Assembly: GCA_044353855.1 (NCBI GenBank)
Contig: JBILBF010000003.1
Coordinates: 85,628 to 149,627 of the forward strand
Source of the DNA: Bacteroidia bacterium
GTDB lineage: Bacteria; Bacteroidota; Bacteroidia; UKL13-3
Length of the DNA: 64,000 nucleotides
Direction: 5' to 3'
Positions 1 through 10,838 of this stretch are shown here, piece by piece. Below the pieces are notes generated by a model that searched no databases, had not been told where the DNA came from, and was given only the letters and a program-made list of their open reading frames with translations. A program made the position numbers and the translations under genes. Position 1 is the stretch's first letter; the number at the start of each line of letters is the position of its first letter.

Positions 1-814
1 CATTGTGATCATCCTCTTGGTAATTTAGTATAATAGGGCTAAGCTTAAGCGTATCAAATGATTCTTGTGATATAAAATCATTTTTACGCATTTGATTTAA
101 TACTGTATTTCTCCTGCGAATTGCATTCTCGGGATTGCGAACTGGGCTATACCTTGTAGGTGCTTTCAGCATTCCAACCAACATAGCCGCTTCCACCTCC
201 GTTAAGTCCTTAGCTTGTTTCCCAAAAAATGTTTTAGAAGCACTACTAATACCAAATGAATTTCCTCCAAACTCAACTGTATTAAAATACATGGTTATTA
301 TTTCTTCTTTGGTATAACGTTCTTCAATTCTAACAGCTGTAATCCATTCTTTAAGTTTTGTAGTTGCCTTATTAAATACATTGTTAAATCGTTTGCGTGG
401 AAATAAATTTTTTGCAAGTTGCTGAGTAACCGTGCTTGCCCCACCACGAGTTCCCACAAATAAAACGGCAGTAAAAACCCTTCTAAAATCAATGCCTGAA
501 TGGTCGTAAAAACGAACATCTTCTGTAGCAATTAAAGCATTTATGAGGTTGGGGCTTATATCTACAAAATTAGCATTACTTCTGTTTTGCAAATAATACT
601 TGCCAATCATCACCCCATCTTCCGAAAAAATTTCGGATGCCAAATATGTTTTAGGATTTTCTAATTCTTCAAGTGGAGGCAGCTCACCAAACCAACCCAA
701 CGAAACCATCCACAACAAAAAGACAAAAGAAAGGATACCAATTATAAAGGATAACCAAAGCCATTTAATCCATTTAGTAAAAGGATTATTAAAAAAATAT
801 GCGGTCCAATTCAC
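1..814 (-). CDS. mrcA: Penicillin-binding protein 1A (bifunctional transglycosylase/transpeptidase), N-terminal part; gene continues past the window start. Likely start is GTG at 812-814 (alternative ATG at 707-709).
   Basis: Hand translation of the minus strand (a frame missing from the ORF track) gives a TM helix (WLWLSFIIGILSFVFLLWMV) followed by the GT51 transglycosylase signature ...ALIATEDVRFYDHSGIDF...GGASTVTQQLAKN...RKLKEWITAVRIEERYTKEEIITMYFNTVEFGG...MLVGMLKAPTRYSP... with no stops down to position 1. The start overlaps the stop of the upstream TPR gene by 1 nt. Confidence 0.8.
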   Translation of the reverse strand, partial: MNWTAYFFNNPFTKWIKWLWLSFIIGILSFVFLLWMVSLGWFGELPPLEELENPKTYLASEIFSEDGVMIGKYYLQNRSNANFVDISPNLINALIATEDVRFYDHSGIDFRRVFTAVLFVGTRGGASTVTQQLAKNLFPRKRFNNVFNKATTKLKEWITAVRIEERYTKEEIITMYFNTVEFGGNSFGISSASKTFFGKQAKDLTEVEAAMLVGMLKAPTRYSPVRNPENAIRRRNTVLNQMRKNDFISQESFDTLKLSPIILNYQEDDHN

Positions 815-3531
815 TATTTTTTAAGTTTAGAGTTTTCATATTCGGAAAATAATTGTTGATACAATTCAACTTTTTTTTCCTTAAGCATTTTTTTAAAATG
901 AGCTTGTGATATAACAAATGTAAGACTTGTACCTTCATATTTTAATCTTTTCTTAGTAACATCCCTTGTCTTAAAATCTGAGTAATAACTCATTGCTTTA
1001 TCTAATTCTCTAAACTCTCTAACCATCAACAATTGAAACCCTTCATTTGACAACATTGGGTTTACACGTAAATTATCAAACTCATTAAACTCTTCGTGAT
1101 AAGCATTCATTTTGCTCAAAAACTCATTCATATCTAGCTTATCATCATTTATTGCTACTACCATATAAAAAGGTCCTTCAGGTATAATTACAAAATCTGG
1201 TTCTTTAGGTTTTAAAGAATCCGGTATTATTTTTTCATCTAGCTTAGATAGGTAATTTAAAATCGCTTGTGCCCTATCACCAACATCAGTTTTGGGATAC
1301 CTCAATACCAATTCATTTAAGTGCAATTTAAAATGATCAATTGATTCAGTTTTGCCAACAGCTAATGCATAAATCAAATCAAATTTTGCTTGCAATGAAT
1401 TGCCAGCAAATTTTTTATCTGCTTCTTGTTTTTTAATTTTTACTTCTTCAAAATTACCTGTAGAATATAATTCATATATATATTCATAGGCATCAACAAC
1501 AGCAATATTTGCATCGGTTTCGGCACTGTTTACTGTTTTATTTTGAATAATAAGTGCATATGGACTTTCAGGATATTCTGCAATTAATCTGTTCTTTTTT
1601 ATAGATGCTTGTTCGTTATTGTCTATTGTTATGTATAATTTGTGTAATTTATACAAAACTTGAGGTTCGTATTCACTACCTGGAAAACGATACAATAACA
1701 ATTCGAAATCTTTGATGGCTTCTTTTGAATCATCTAGTTTTTCATCGTAAATAATACCTAAATTATAATAGGCATCTAATAACCTATTGTTTGATCTTTT
1801 TAATTGATCTTTGGTGTAAGGTACATTCTCAATCCAACTTTTTCTACTTCCACTTATAGCTGGTATAAAATCTAAACCCTCAGTAGTATCTGTTGATGCA
1901 TTTTCAGTTTGTGTTGATTCCGTTTTTATTGCATTATTTGCTTCAGTATTTGACTTTTCACCACTTTCAGTTGGAAGAATAGTTTCCAGTTTCTCTATAG
2001 CTGCAATACGCCAATAATCTTCGTTTGTGCGCATTCCCCATTTTTTCTGACTAAAAAACTCTGCTGCCCCAGAGGCCATAATAGCAGGATTGTAAAAATA
2101 CCATTGCCCTTGTTGTCCAAATCCTGCACTGGTTGTATTTGCCAATTTAATTTCTGGATTTAATTGAGCTAAGCGAGCGGCTTCTTTTTTATCTTTTGAC
2201 TTTTTTAGATTTACTAAAGAATCTAGACTGGCTTGCGTTATCCATTGATTAATTTTTTGGTCAATTTCAACCTCATTCAATTTAGCAAGTTCTTGTAAAC
2301 TATCTTCTGTTTCAATTACAATTAAGTTGTTTATTAAATCTGACAATACCGTTTTTTTGATAATTATTTTCTGATAGTCTTTATAGGTTGAATTTATAGA
2401 CGATGCTGTACTATCATAATAAGCTTGTGCTAATTTATAATTGGGCATTTCTAAATAAATAGTTCCTAAGGCTAGGTATGCTAATGCTTTTTGATTGGGA
2501 TTTTTACCTTGAACTTCTGAGCATTTTTTAAAATCATAAATAGCTTGTTGAACATTTTTCTCTTTCATTTCCAAATTACCCAACTCATACCATATTTGAT
2601 CATAATAGCCATCATTTTTATCATCTTTTAGCATGCGCTTTAATGAACGTCTTATTTGTTTTGCAGCACTTTTATCATTTAAATCATAAGCTTTTGCTAA
2701 GTTAATACTTGCATTAAATTCAAATTCATATGGTGCAAGCATATTGAGTATTTTGCTGTAATATTGATTGGCAATTTTGATACTATCCATTTCCGTATAT
2801 AGCTGAGCTAAAATATAGGTATAGCGTATCTTAACTTGTTTTTGAGTTGCATATGATAAAGCAATTGTAAGTTTCTCCGTTGCACTCACAAATTTTCTTT
2901 GTTTAATGGCAATATCTGCAGCAGTAGCATAAATTTCTTGAGAATATTCTTTGGGGGTTTCAGGAAAAATTTTGTGGTATATCGATTGTTTTTTTATTTT
3001 ACTTTGTTCTTCGCTTAGTAACAATCCAATCACAGCTTCAGCTTCGTCAATTTTTCCTAAACCAGCATAACATTTTGCTATCCAAGCTGTGCAAACGGGT
3101 TTTAATCCTTTGTCTTTAAACTTGGAATTTACAAACTGAAAGGCTTCCATTCCGGCATAATAATCGCGTTTGTAATAATGAGCCTTACCCATCAAATAAT
3201 AACTATTATCCGTATAACTGCCTACGTAATGGTTTTGAATTGCTAAAGAAACTTTTTTAAGAACTATATCTAATTGACCAGCAACTCCTTTTGATGCAGC
3301 CTCATCACCATACGGAAACACTTCTAATAGTTTGGTAAAATCATCTTGGTGACCTTTTTCGAGAGATTCCAATGTTTCTAATAGCTTTACTTCACCATTA
3401 AAATAAACATTAAAACGACCAGTCATCGTATGCCACTTACGGTTCAACCACTTATCTTTAGTAGGACTACATGCAGATAACAGCAAACAAGTAGCTACAA
3501 AACATCCTATAAAAAAATTAACTATACGCAA
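814..3531 (-). CDS. Large TPR-repeat lipoprotein (905 aa); possible PorW/SprE-like T9SS-associated lipoprotein
   Basis: Lipoprotein signal (…LLLSAC) and many TPR-like helical repeats (AxxYYxxG, LGxxYLExxNYxxA patterns). Length and architecture resemble SprE/PorW, but no diagnostic motif was verified. Confidence 0.6.
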   Translation of the reverse strand: MRIVNFFIGCFVATCLLLSACSPTKDKWLNRKWHTMTGRFNVYFNGEVKLLETLESLEKGHQDDFTKLLEVFPYGDEAASKGVAGQLDIVLKKVSLAIQNHYVGSYTDNSYYLMGKAHYYKRDYYAGMEAFQFVNSKFKDKGLKPVCTAWIAKCYAGLGKIDEAEAVIGLLLSEEQSKIKKQSIYHKIFPETPKEYSQEIYATAADIAIKQRKFVSATEKLTIALSYATQKQVKIRYTYILAQLYTEMDSIKIANQYYSKILNMLAPYEFEFNASINLAKAYDLNDKSAAKQIRRSLKRMLKDDKNDGYYDQIWYELGNLEMKEKNVQQAIYDFKKCSEVQGKNPNQKALAYLALGTIYLEMPNYKLAQAYYDSTASSINSTYKDYQKIIIKKTVLSDLINNLIVIETEDSLQELAKLNEVEIDQKINQWITQASLDSLVNLKKSKDKKEAARLAQLNPEIKLANTTSAGFGQQGQWYFYNPAIMASGAAEFFSQKKWGMRTNEDYWRIAAIEKLETILPTESGEKSNTEANNAIKTESTQTENASTDTTEGLDFIPAISGSRKSWIENVPYTKDQLKRSNNRLLDAYYNLGIIYDEKLDDSKEAIKDFELLLYRFPGSEYEPQVLYKLHKLYITIDNNEQASIKKNRLIAEYPESPYALIIQNKTVNSAETDANIAVVDAYEYIYELYSTGNFEEVKIKKQEADKKFAGNSLQAKFDLIYALAVGKTESIDHFKLHLNELVLRYPKTDVGDRAQAILNYLSKLDEKIIPDSLKPKEPDFVIIPEGPFYMVVAINDDKLDMNEFLSKMNAYHEEFNEFDNLRVNPMLSNEGFQLLMVREFRELDKAMSYYSDFKTRDVTKKRLKYEGTSLTFVISQAHFKKMLKEKKVELYQQLFSEYENSKLKK

Positions 3532-3647
3532 TTGAGTTTATGTATGAAGTATAAGTGAATAGTATAACTTTGGAGTCGCAAAAATATTTTAATAAGCTTA
3601 ACTTCAAAGTGTAATTAAATATAAACGAAAACATAACTTGCATTCGC

Positions 3648-4022
3648 ATGACAGAACAGAAGAAAAAATTAATTCATAAATTAAAAAATAAATTCAGATT
3701 GGTTATTATCAATGATGGCACATTTGAAGAGAAGTTTTCCTATAGTTTAACGCCAATGAATGTATTTATAGGTTTCAGTTCATTTTTAGTTTTTTTTGCC
3801 GCTATTATTATTGTGCTTATCGTTTTTACACCCGTTCGGGAATTTATACCAGGCTATTCTGATCCTAATGCCAAACGTAATTTAAATGCATTACTGATCA
3901 GAACAGACTCACTCGAAAATGTGTTAACTGAAAAAGATGCTTATTACAAAAATATTTTAAATATCATGAATGATAATATCATCACTAGAGACACCTCCGT
4001 TTTAGACATTCCAAAAAAATAA
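3648..4022 (+). CDS. Hypothetical single-pass membrane protein (124 aa)
   Basis: ORF with one strongly hydrophobic helix (FIGFSSFLVFFAAIIIVLIVF). No recognisable domain. Confidence 0.45.
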   Translation: MTEQKKKLIHKLKNKFRLVIINDGTFEEKFSYSLTPMNVFIGFSSFLVFFAAIIIVLIVFTPVREFIPGYSDPNAKRNLNALLIRTDSLENVLTEKDAYYKNILNIMNDNIITRDTSVLDIPKK

Positions 4023-4059
4023 TAATACCTTCCAAAATACTCCGTTCGGAATTTAAGTC

Positions 4060-4080
4060 AAAACTGCTTACTTTTGTGTA
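4060..4080 (+). promoter_or_regulatory. Candidate Bacteroidetes-type -7 element (TActTTTG, matching TAnnTTTG) upstream of the bactofilin/atp gene block
   Basis: Motif read in sequence ~100 nt upstream of 4173. No convincing -33 TTG partner identified. Confidence 0.25.
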
Positions 4081-4172
4081 AGGTTTAATTATAAAACCTT
4101 TTTTTTTCCGATTTGAGTATTCAGTGTAAATGAAACCTTATCTTTTTTCAATTATATAAACCACCATAAGAC

Positions 4173-4619
4173 ATGGCCATGTTTAATTCTTCTAAAAATA
4201 ATACACCTGCTTTTAACCCCAATAACTTAAATATTATCAATGCTGGTACAACCATACTAGGAGACTTAAACTCAGAAGGGGATATGCGCATTGATGGAAC
4301 AGTAAAAGGATATGTCTCTTCTAAAGCCCGTCTTGTTTTAGGTAATACATGCAAAGTGGAAGGTGATATAAAAGCTGTCAATCTTGAACTTTCTGGAGAG
4401 GTAAATGGTAATATTTATGTTACTGAATTGCTTACTGTTAAAGCTTCAGCTAAAATTAACGGTAATATTGTTTCCAATAAACTTATTATTGAAGCAGGAG
4501 CTGAATTTAATGGCAACTGTGCCATGCGTGAAAACAAAAATATTCTGAAAAAAGTCGTTAACGAGGATATACAATCAGGTAAACTATCAGATGTTCCAAA
4601 ACAAGCCAATATCTACTAA
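4173..4619 (+). CDS. Bactofilin-family cytoskeletal protein
   Basis: Repetitive beta-helix-like pattern typical of the bactofilin/DUF583 domain (GDxxIDGTVKGYVSS…KVEGDIKAVNLELSGEVNGNIYV…KINGNIVSNKLIIEAGAEFNG). Confidence 0.7.
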   Translation: MAMFNSSKNNTPAFNPNNLNIINAGTTILGDLNSEGDMRIDGTVKGYVSSKARLVLGNTCKVEGDIKAVNLELSGEVNGNIYVTELLTVKASAKINGNIVSNKLIIEAGAEFNGNCAMRENKNILKKVVNEDIQSGKLSDVPKQANIY

Positions 4620-4824
4620 AATAGCAGGATACAGCGCTCTTGGTTTTCAATGGATTGTTGTATTTGTTGGTCTATCTCTTGGTGGAAATTGGATTGATAA
4701 AAACCAGCAACTTAGCTTTCCAGCATTTACATTACTTGGCGTATTTTTAGCCCTTTTCATTATTTTTTATTCTTTATTTAAATTGGTTTCGAACCAGAAT
4801 AAAAGCACAAAACATGACGCTTAA
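4591..4824 (+). CDS. Small 2-TM membrane protein, AtpZ/AtpI-like (ATP synthase gene-1 family) candidate
   Basis: 77 aa with two TM helices, immediately upstream of the atp operon on the same strand. Confidence 0.45.
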   Translation: MFQNKPISTKIAGYSALGFQWIVVFVGLSLGGNWIDKNQQLSFPAFTLLGVFLALFIIFYSLFKLVSNQNKSTKHDA

Positions 4825-5218
4825 ATTTTATCTATATTTAGTTGGTATAACTTTGTTGCAAATTGGCATTGTTTTGCAACTTGCTAGTTTACTTCCTGTT
4901 ACTGATACCGTGATAAGTATCATATTTATGGGGGTATTAACTGCAGCTATTTATCCAATTGCCATGAATGGACGAAAAAGCAATGATGGATTTACCTTTG
5001 TAATATCAGCATATGCAAGTATTGGCATTCGTTTTATTCTGAGTTTATGTTTTGTTGTATATTATAAAATTACTCGCTCTCATTATGAAATGGGTTTCAT
5101 TTTAGCCTTTTTTACAAGTTATATTTTATACACATTATTTGAAATTTATTGGTTAACTACTAAATTGCGACCCAATTTAAATGAAAAAGCGAGTACCAAT
5201 GATTCGAATAACAAATAG
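4814..5218 (+). CDS. Polytopic small membrane protein (134 aa), possible AtpI-like
   Basis: Four predicted hydrophobic helices; position directly before atpB. Confidence 0.4.
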   Translation: MTLKFYLYLVGITLLQIGIVLQLASLLPVTDTVISIIFMGVLTAAIYPIAMNGRKSNDGFTFVISAYASIGIRFILSLCFVVYYKITRSHYEMGFILAFFTSYILYTLFEIYWLTTKLRPNLNEKASTNDSNNK

Positions 5219-6383
5219 ATTATCAAAGAGAAACGGCCTAATTTCTAGTCTTTTTACACTCGCACTTTTATTCGGAAACTTTGGTGCAATTGCCCAACAT
5301 GAGCATAAAGCTACCGAAACTATTGAACAGTCTACCGAAAAATTAGATTCAACCCTAATTAACGAAGCAGAAAATGTTGGAGAAGTTGCCATTGGCCATC
5401 ACGAAAATACTGAAGAAAAATTTAATACCAGCAAAGTTATAATGGAGCATATTGCCGATGCACACGATTGGCATTTATGGGGCCACACTTCTATTCATTT
5501 ACCTGTAATAGTCTATACCAGTAAAGGATTTGAGTTTTTTTCGTCAGGTAAATTTAACCATGGCCACGATGCATATAAAGGTAGCCACCACACTTACAAA
5601 CTAGATAAAAGCAAACCCGAAAAAGAAAAAATTGTGGTTATTGGAACAGATAACCAAGTTGATGAAGCAGCAACATCTAGCCTTATCGATTTTTCAATTA
5701 CTAAAAATGTAGTATCAATTATGATTTCGATGCTATTGTTATGTTTAATATTTATAAGCATTGCCAATAGCTACAAAAAACGTGGATTAAGCGCACCAAA
5801 AGGATTACAATCTTGGTTAGAGCCAATAATTTTATTTGTTAGAGATGAAATAGCCCGCCCTAATTTAGGTGATAAGTACGCTAAGTTTATGCCCTATTTA
5901 CTGACTGTATTTTTCTTTATATGGATTAACAATATGTTAGGCCTTGTTCCATTTTTTCCAGGAGGAGCAAATGTTACAGGTAATATTGCCGTTACACTTG
6001 TATTGGCAGCAATGACATTTATACTTACTACCATTAACGGAACCAAAACATATTGGGGACATGTATTTACACCACATGTTCCACTTTGGTTATATCCATT
6101 AATGATTCCTGTAGAAATTATTGGCTTATTTACCAAGCCATTTGCATTAATGATTCGTTTGTTTGCCAATCTTACAGCAGGTCATATTCTTATTTTAAGT
6201 TTAGTTTGTTTAATCTTTATTTATAAATCATTGGCTGTAGCCTCAGTATCGGTTCCGTTTGTAGTTTTTATTAGCGTAATCGAATTGTTGGTAGCATTCA
6301 TTCAGGCGTTTATTTTCACTATTCTTTCAGCGTTATACATTGGTATGGCACTAGAAAAACCAAGTGAAGAAGCACACCATTAA
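5181..6383 (+). CDS. atpB: F0F1 ATP synthase subunit a
   Basis: Conserved subunit-a motif …IRLFANLTAGHILILS… with multiple TM helices. Start uncertain (the ORF overlaps the upstream gene; internal Met at 5199). Confidence 0.85.
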   Translation: MKKRVPMIRITNRLSKRNGLISSLFTLALLFGNFGAIAQHEHKATETIEQSTEKLDSTLINEAENVGEVAIGHHENTEEKFNTSKVIMEHIADAHDWHLWGHTSIHLPVIVYTSKGFEFFSSGKFNHGHDAYKGSHHTYKLDKSKPEKEKIVVIGTDNQVDEAATSSLIDFSITKNVVSIMISMLLLCLIFISIANSYKKRGLSAPKGLQSWLEPIILFVRDEIARPNLGDKYAKFMPYLLTVFFFIWINNMLGLVPFFPGGANVTGNIAVTLVLAAMTFILTTINGTKTYWGHVFTPHVPLWLYPLMIPVEIIGLFTKPFALMIRLFANLTAGHILILSLVCLIFIYKSLAVASVSVPFVVFISVIELLVAFIQAFIFTILSALYIGMALEKPSEEAHH

Positions 6384-6417
6384 ATAGAATTTTTTTTTGT
6401 TCAACCAAATAATATAA

Positions 6418-6633
<216 letters not shown>

Positions 6634-6642
6634 GACTGAATG

Positions 6643-6697
6643 TATTGAAACAACTTAGCCAATCATTATAGGCAAAGTTGTTTCAATATATTATTTT
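6643..6697 (+). terminator. Perfect 13-bp inverted repeat (ATTGAAACAACTT / AAGTTGTTTCAAT, 18-nt loop) followed by a T-rich run, between atpE and atpF; probable partial terminator/attenuator
   Basis: Read directly in the sequence at 6643-6655 and 6674-6686, followed by TATATTATTTT. Confidence 0.5.
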
Positions 6698-6729
6698 ACA
6701 AAAAAAAAACACTTTTATTATAATACATT

Positions 6730-7224
6730 ATGGATTTAGTTACACCCAGTATAGGATTGGTATTTTGGTCAACCATTTCATTTTTGTTATTGTTTTTTGT
6801 GCTAACCAAATTTGCATGGAAACCCATAACAGCAGCATTACTCGAAAGAGAAAATTCAATTGACGAAGCTTTAAAATCGGCTGATAATGCTCGTAAGCAA
6901 ATGGAAAAACTAACAGCAGATAATGAGAAATTATTAAATCAAGCTCGTGCTGAAAGAGATGCAATGCTTAAAGATGCTAATGATATTAAAGAAGGCATAA
7001 TCGCACAAGCAAAAAAATCAGCAGGTGATGAAGGTGCTAAAATTATTGCAAATGCAAAAGCAAGTATCGAACAAGAAAAAGTTGCTGCTATGAATGAATT
7101 AAAAACTCAGGTAGCATTGCTTTCAGTTGATATGGCCGAAAAAATTCTTCGTAAAAAAATGGACGATAGAAGCCAACAAGAAGCATTTGTAAACGAAAAC
7201 TTAAAATCAATTAGTTTAAACTAA
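6730..7224 (+). CDS. atpF: F0F1 ATP synthase subunit b
   Basis: N-terminal TM helix then a long charged coiled-coil (…AERDAMLKDANDIKEGIIAQAKK…). Operon position fits. Confidence 0.85.
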   Translation: MDLVTPSIGLVFWSTISFLLLFFVLTKFAWKPITAALLERENSIDEALKSADNARKQMEKLTADNEKLLNQARAERDAMLKDANDIKEGIIAQAKKSAGDEGAKIIANAKASIEQEKVAAMNELKTQVALLSVDMAEKILRKKMDDRSQQEAFVNENLKSISLN

Positions 7225-7225
7225 C

Positions 7226-7777
7226 ATGTCGGAACAAAGAGTAGCCGGCAGGTATGCCAAGTCCCTTATTGATTTATCTAAGGAACAAAACATCCTTGAT
7301 ATAGTTAAAAATGATATGCTCATTTTTAAACAAACCCTACATCAAAATATAGCTTTGCTCAGTATGCTTAGAAGCCCCGTAGTTAATGGAGGTGATAAAA
7401 TAGCTGTTTTAAAAAAAATATTTGAACCTACGTTCCATAAACTTACCATAGCTTTTTTTAATATTGTGGTTCGCAAAAACAGAGCCCTTGTATTGGGAAG
7501 TATATGCGATGCTTTTATAGAACAATACAACGATTTTAACAATATTATTTCGGCTACAGTAAAAACAGCTCAACCAATTGATGCTGCAACAACAGCCGAA
7601 GTTACCCAGTTTATTGAAAAACAAAGTGGCAAAAAAGTAGCACTAGCTGCCACTGTTGATCCATCGCTTATTGGCGGATTGGTGATACAAGTTGGCGATA
7701 ATTTATACGATGCCAGCATTGCAGGCAAACTCAATAAAGTAAAACAGAATTTATTAAACACTTACATTTCAAAATAA
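7226..7777 (+). CDS. atpH: F0F1 ATP synthase subunit delta
   Basis: 183 aa, OSCP/delta-like (RYAKSLIDLS…), between atpF and atpA. Confidence 0.8.
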   Translation: MSEQRVAGRYAKSLIDLSKEQNILDIVKNDMLIFKQTLHQNIALLSMLRSPVVNGGDKIAVLKKIFEPTFHKLTIAFFNIVVRKNRALVLGSICDAFIEQYNDFNNIISATVKTAQPIDAATTAEVTQFIEKQSGKKVALAATVDPSLIGGLVIQVGDNLYDASIAGKLNKVKQNLLNTYISK

Positions 7778-7784
7778 TTGAATT

Positions 7785-9365
7785 ATGGTAGAGATTAGAC
7801 CTGACGAAGTATCAGCAATCATAAGAGAACAACTGAGTAATTTCAAAACAGAAGTTGAACTTGAAGAAGTAGGTACCGTGCTCCAAGTGGGTGATGGTAT
7901 TGCACGTATTTATGGACTTTCTAAAGTACAATCGGGAGAGCTTATCGAATTTGCAAACGGTACTCAAGCTATTGTACTAAACTTAGAAGAAGACAATGTT
8001 GGAGCTGTAATGCTTGGCGATGCTACTTCAGTTGAAGAAGGTGCTACAGTAAAACGTACTGGCCGAATTGCCTCAATTAAAGTAGGCGAAGGAATGCTTG
8101 GACGTGTAGTAAATACTTTGGGACAACCCATAGATGGTAAAGGACCAATTGCTGGCGAAACATATGAAATGCCTTTAGAGCGCAAAGCACCAGGTGTAAT
8201 TTTTCGTGAACCGGTAAAAGAGCCCTTGCAAACAGGTATTAAAGCTATTGATGCCATGATTCCTATCGGACGTGGACAACGCGAGTTGGTAATTGGTGAC
8301 CGCCAAACTGGTAAAACTGCGGTGTGTTTAGATACTATCTTAAACCAAAAAGAATTTTACGAAGCAGGAAAACCTGTGTATTGTATATATGTTGCTATTG
8401 GCCAAAAAGCTTCAACAGTAGCCCAAGTTGTTAATACACTTGAAGCAGCTGGAGCAATGGCTTATACTACTGTTGTTACTGCAACTTCATCTGACCCAGC
8501 TCCAATGCAATTTTTCGCACCTATGGCTGGTGCTGCAATTGGTGAGTTTTTCCGTGATACTGGTAGACCAGCACTTATCATTTATGATGATTTATCAAAA
8601 CAAGCTGTAGCTTACCGTGAAGTTTCATTATTGCTTCGCAGACCTCCAGGACGTGAAGCATATCCGGGTGATGTATTTTATTTGCATAGCCGTTTGCTTG
8701 AAAGAGCAGCTAAAATTATTGGAACGGATTCTATCGCTCAAGAAATGAATGATATTCCTCCTTCCATCAAACATTTGGTAAAAGGTGGTGGTTCATTAAC
8801 AGCTCTTCCAATTATTGAAACTCAAGCTGGTGACGTATCTGCTTATATTCCTACCAACGTGATTTCGATTACAGATGGCCAGATTTTCTTGGAGTCGAAC
8901 TTGTTTAACTCAGGTGTTCGTCCTGCTATTAATGTTGGTATTTCGGTATCACGTGTGGGTGGTAATGCCCAAATAAAATCAATGAAAAAAGTAGCGGGTA
9001 CTTTAAAATTAGACCAAGCTCAATACCGTGAATTAGAAGCGTTCTCTAAATTTGGATCTGATTTAGATGCAGCTACAAAATCAGTATTGGATAAAGGTGC
9101 TCGTAACGTGGAAATTTTGAAACAAGGTCAGTTCTCTCCAGTTTCGGTTGAAAAACAAGTTGCTATTATATACTTAGGTACTAAAGGATTAATGAATAAA
9201 ATTCCTGTAGCTCATATTCGCGAGTTTGAAGCTGAATACCTTCGTTACCTTGAAACAAAACATGCGGATGTATTGGCTGCATTGAAAAAAGGAGTATTCG
9301 GTGATGAACAAACAAGTGTATTAGAAAACGCAGCTAAAGAATTATCAGCAAAATATAGCGCTTAG
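7785..9365 (+). CDS. atpA: F0F1 ATP synthase subunit alpha
   Basis: Walker A GDRQTGKT; conserved alpha-subunit blocks ([21 protein letters not shown]…). Confidence 0.97.
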   Translation: MVEIRPDEVSAIIREQLSNFKTEVELEEVGTVLQVGDGIARIYGLSKVQSGELIEFANGTQAIVLNLEEDNVGAVMLGDATSVEEGATVKRTGRIASIKVGEGMLGRVVNTLGQPIDGKGPIAGETYEMPLERKAPGVIFREPVKEPLQTGIKAIDAMIPIGRGQRELVIGDRQTGKTAVCLDTILNQKEFYEAGKPVYCIYVAIGQKASTVAQVVNTLEAAGAMAYTTVVTATSSDPAPMQFFAPMAGAAIGEFFRDTGRPALIIYDDLSKQAVAYREVSLLLRRPPGREAYPGDVFYLHSRLLERAAKIIGTDSIAQEMNDIPPSIKHLVKGGGSLTALPIIETQAGDVSAYIPTNVISITDGQIFLESNLFNSGVRPAINVGISVSRVGGNAQIKSMKKVAGTLKLDQAQYRELEAFSKFGSDLDAATKSVLDKGARNVEILKQGQFSPVSVEKQVAIIYLGTKGLMNKIPVAHIREFEAEYLRYLETKHADVLAALKKGVFGDEQTSVLENAAKELSAKYSA

Positions 9366-9472
9366 GATTAGAGCAAAGTTGACTAAGTAATTTGGTTGAT
9401 TAAGTAATTAGGCAGTGAAGCCTTTACTTAACCAATTCAACAAACACAATCAACTTATAACTTATACAATAA

Positions 9473-10345
9473 ATGGCAAACTTAAAAGAAGTACGTATAC
9501 GTATAGGATCTGTTACCTCTACACAGCAAATTACCAAAGCTATGAAGTTGGTTTCGGCTACAAAATTACGCAGAGCCCAAAATGGTATCGTGCTCATGCG
9601 ACCATATGCACTTAAATTAAATGGTATTTTAACTAACCTTTCTGATTCTGTTGATGTAGATTCTATCAAAGTATATTTTGACCAACGTAAAGTTAAAAAT
9701 GTATTGCTTGTAGTAATAACTTCTGATAGAGGTTTGTGCGGCTCGTTTAATGCCAACGTAGTAAAACGTGCTAATATTTTGGTGAAAGAAAAATATGCTG
9801 ATAAAAAAGTAACCATATTGCCGATTGGTAAAAAAGGTGCTGATTTTTTTGCAAAACAACCTGTAGCTATCAACCTTGAGTTTAAAGAGGCCTTACAAGG
9901 TATGGATAGTAATAAAGCATTTGGAATTGGACAAGCTATTTTAGAATCATATACAACTGGAAAATATGATGCTGTCGAAATTGTTTATAACCAATTTAAA
10001 AATGCAGCTACACAAATCTTAACCAACGATCAGTTTCTTCCTATTGATGCATCAACAATGGGTGCAACAACTGGTAAGAAAAATGATTATTTATTTGAGC
10101 CTTCAAAAGCTGAAATATTGGAAGAGTTAATTCCCCGCATTTTAAAAACACAATTGTTCCGTTCTATATTAGATTCGTTGGCATCAGAACATGGAGCACG
10201 AATGGTAGCTATGGATAAAGCAACGGATAATGCAGGTGAAATGTTAAAAGCACTTAAGGTAGAGTACAACCGAGTTCGCCAAGCAGCTATTACAACTGAG
10301 ATTTCTGAAATTGTGGGTGGTGCAGCAGCATTGAGTCAAGCGTAA
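9473..10345 (+). CDS. atpG: F0F1 ATP synthase subunit gamma
   Basis: 290 aa; N-terminal MANLKEVRIRIGSVTSTQQITKAMKLVSATKLRRAQ and C-terminal …ITTEISEIVGGAAAL motifs. Confidence 0.9.
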   Translation: MANLKEVRIRIGSVTSTQQITKAMKLVSATKLRRAQNGIVLMRPYALKLNGILTNLSDSVDVDSIKVYFDQRKVKNVLLVVITSDRGLCGSFNANVVKRANILVKEKYADKKVTILPIGKKGADFFAKQPVAINLEFKEALQGMDSNKAFGIGQAILESYTTGKYDAVEIVYNQFKNAATQILTNDQFLPIDASTMGATTGKKNDYLFEPSKAEILEELIPRILKTQLFRSILDSLASEHGARMVAMDKATDNAGEMLKALKVEYNRVRQAAITTEISEIVGGAAALSQA

Positions 10346-10353
10346 TTAATTAA

Positions 10354-10394
10354 ATTTGTTATTTAAAAAGCACAATTCAATTTTATTGAACTGT
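10354..10394. terminator. Bidirectional rho-independent terminator (AGCACAATTCAA…TTGAACTGTGCT stem flanked by A- and T-runs)
   Basis: Stem-loop read in sequence between the convergent atpG (+) and HIT gene (-). Confidence 0.7.
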
Positions 10395-10441
10395 GCTTTT
10401 TTTGTTAGATCAATTTTGTTTTTTAACGAATCGTAAAGATT

Positions 10442-10834
10442 TTATAATGCTTTTGCAATTTTATCTGCAAATGCATTGAATTCATCGGGTGTAAACTGCA
10501 TTCTTTCTTTTTCAAAATTTAAATCGCCAATTGTATTCATGGGTACAAGATGGATATGTGCATGAGGCACTTCCAACCCTATTACAGCTATTCCTACCTT
10601 GGTACAAGGAATTGCTGCCTTAATTGATTTTGCAACAATTTGAGCAAACAAAAACAACCCCGCATAGGTTTCTTGTTCTAAATCAAAAATATAATCAACT
10701 TCAACCTTGGGTATTACCAAAGTATGTCCGGCAGTAAGAGGTCTTACATCCAAAAAAGCTAAATAATCATTGGTCTCTGCTACAGTATAACAAGGAATTT
10801 CTCCAGCGATAATTTTTGAAAAAAGAGTTGCCAT
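10442..10834 (-). CDS. HIT-family (histidine triad) hydrolase
   Basis: HxHxHxx motif (PHAHIHLVP), 130 aa. Confidence 0.85.
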   Translation of the reverse strand: MATLFSKIIAGEIPCYTVAETNDYLAFLDVRPLTAGHTLVIPKVEVDYIFDLEQETYAGLFLFAQIVAKSIKAAIPCTKVGIAVIGLEVPHAHIHLVPMNTIGDLNFEKERMQFTPDEFNAFADKIAKAL

Positions 10835-10838
10835 ATTA

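Noticed and set aside
298-531. 77-aa minus-strand ORF from the track
   Set aside because: It is a shadow frame of the PBP1A transglycosylase gene, which occupies a different minus-strand frame across 1-814 with unmistakable GT51 motifs.
4023-4172. Possible frameshifted M23 peptidase spanning the 124-aa ORF and downstream spacer
   Set aside because: No continuation of an open frame or peptidase motifs (HxxxD/HxH) in any frame of the spacer.
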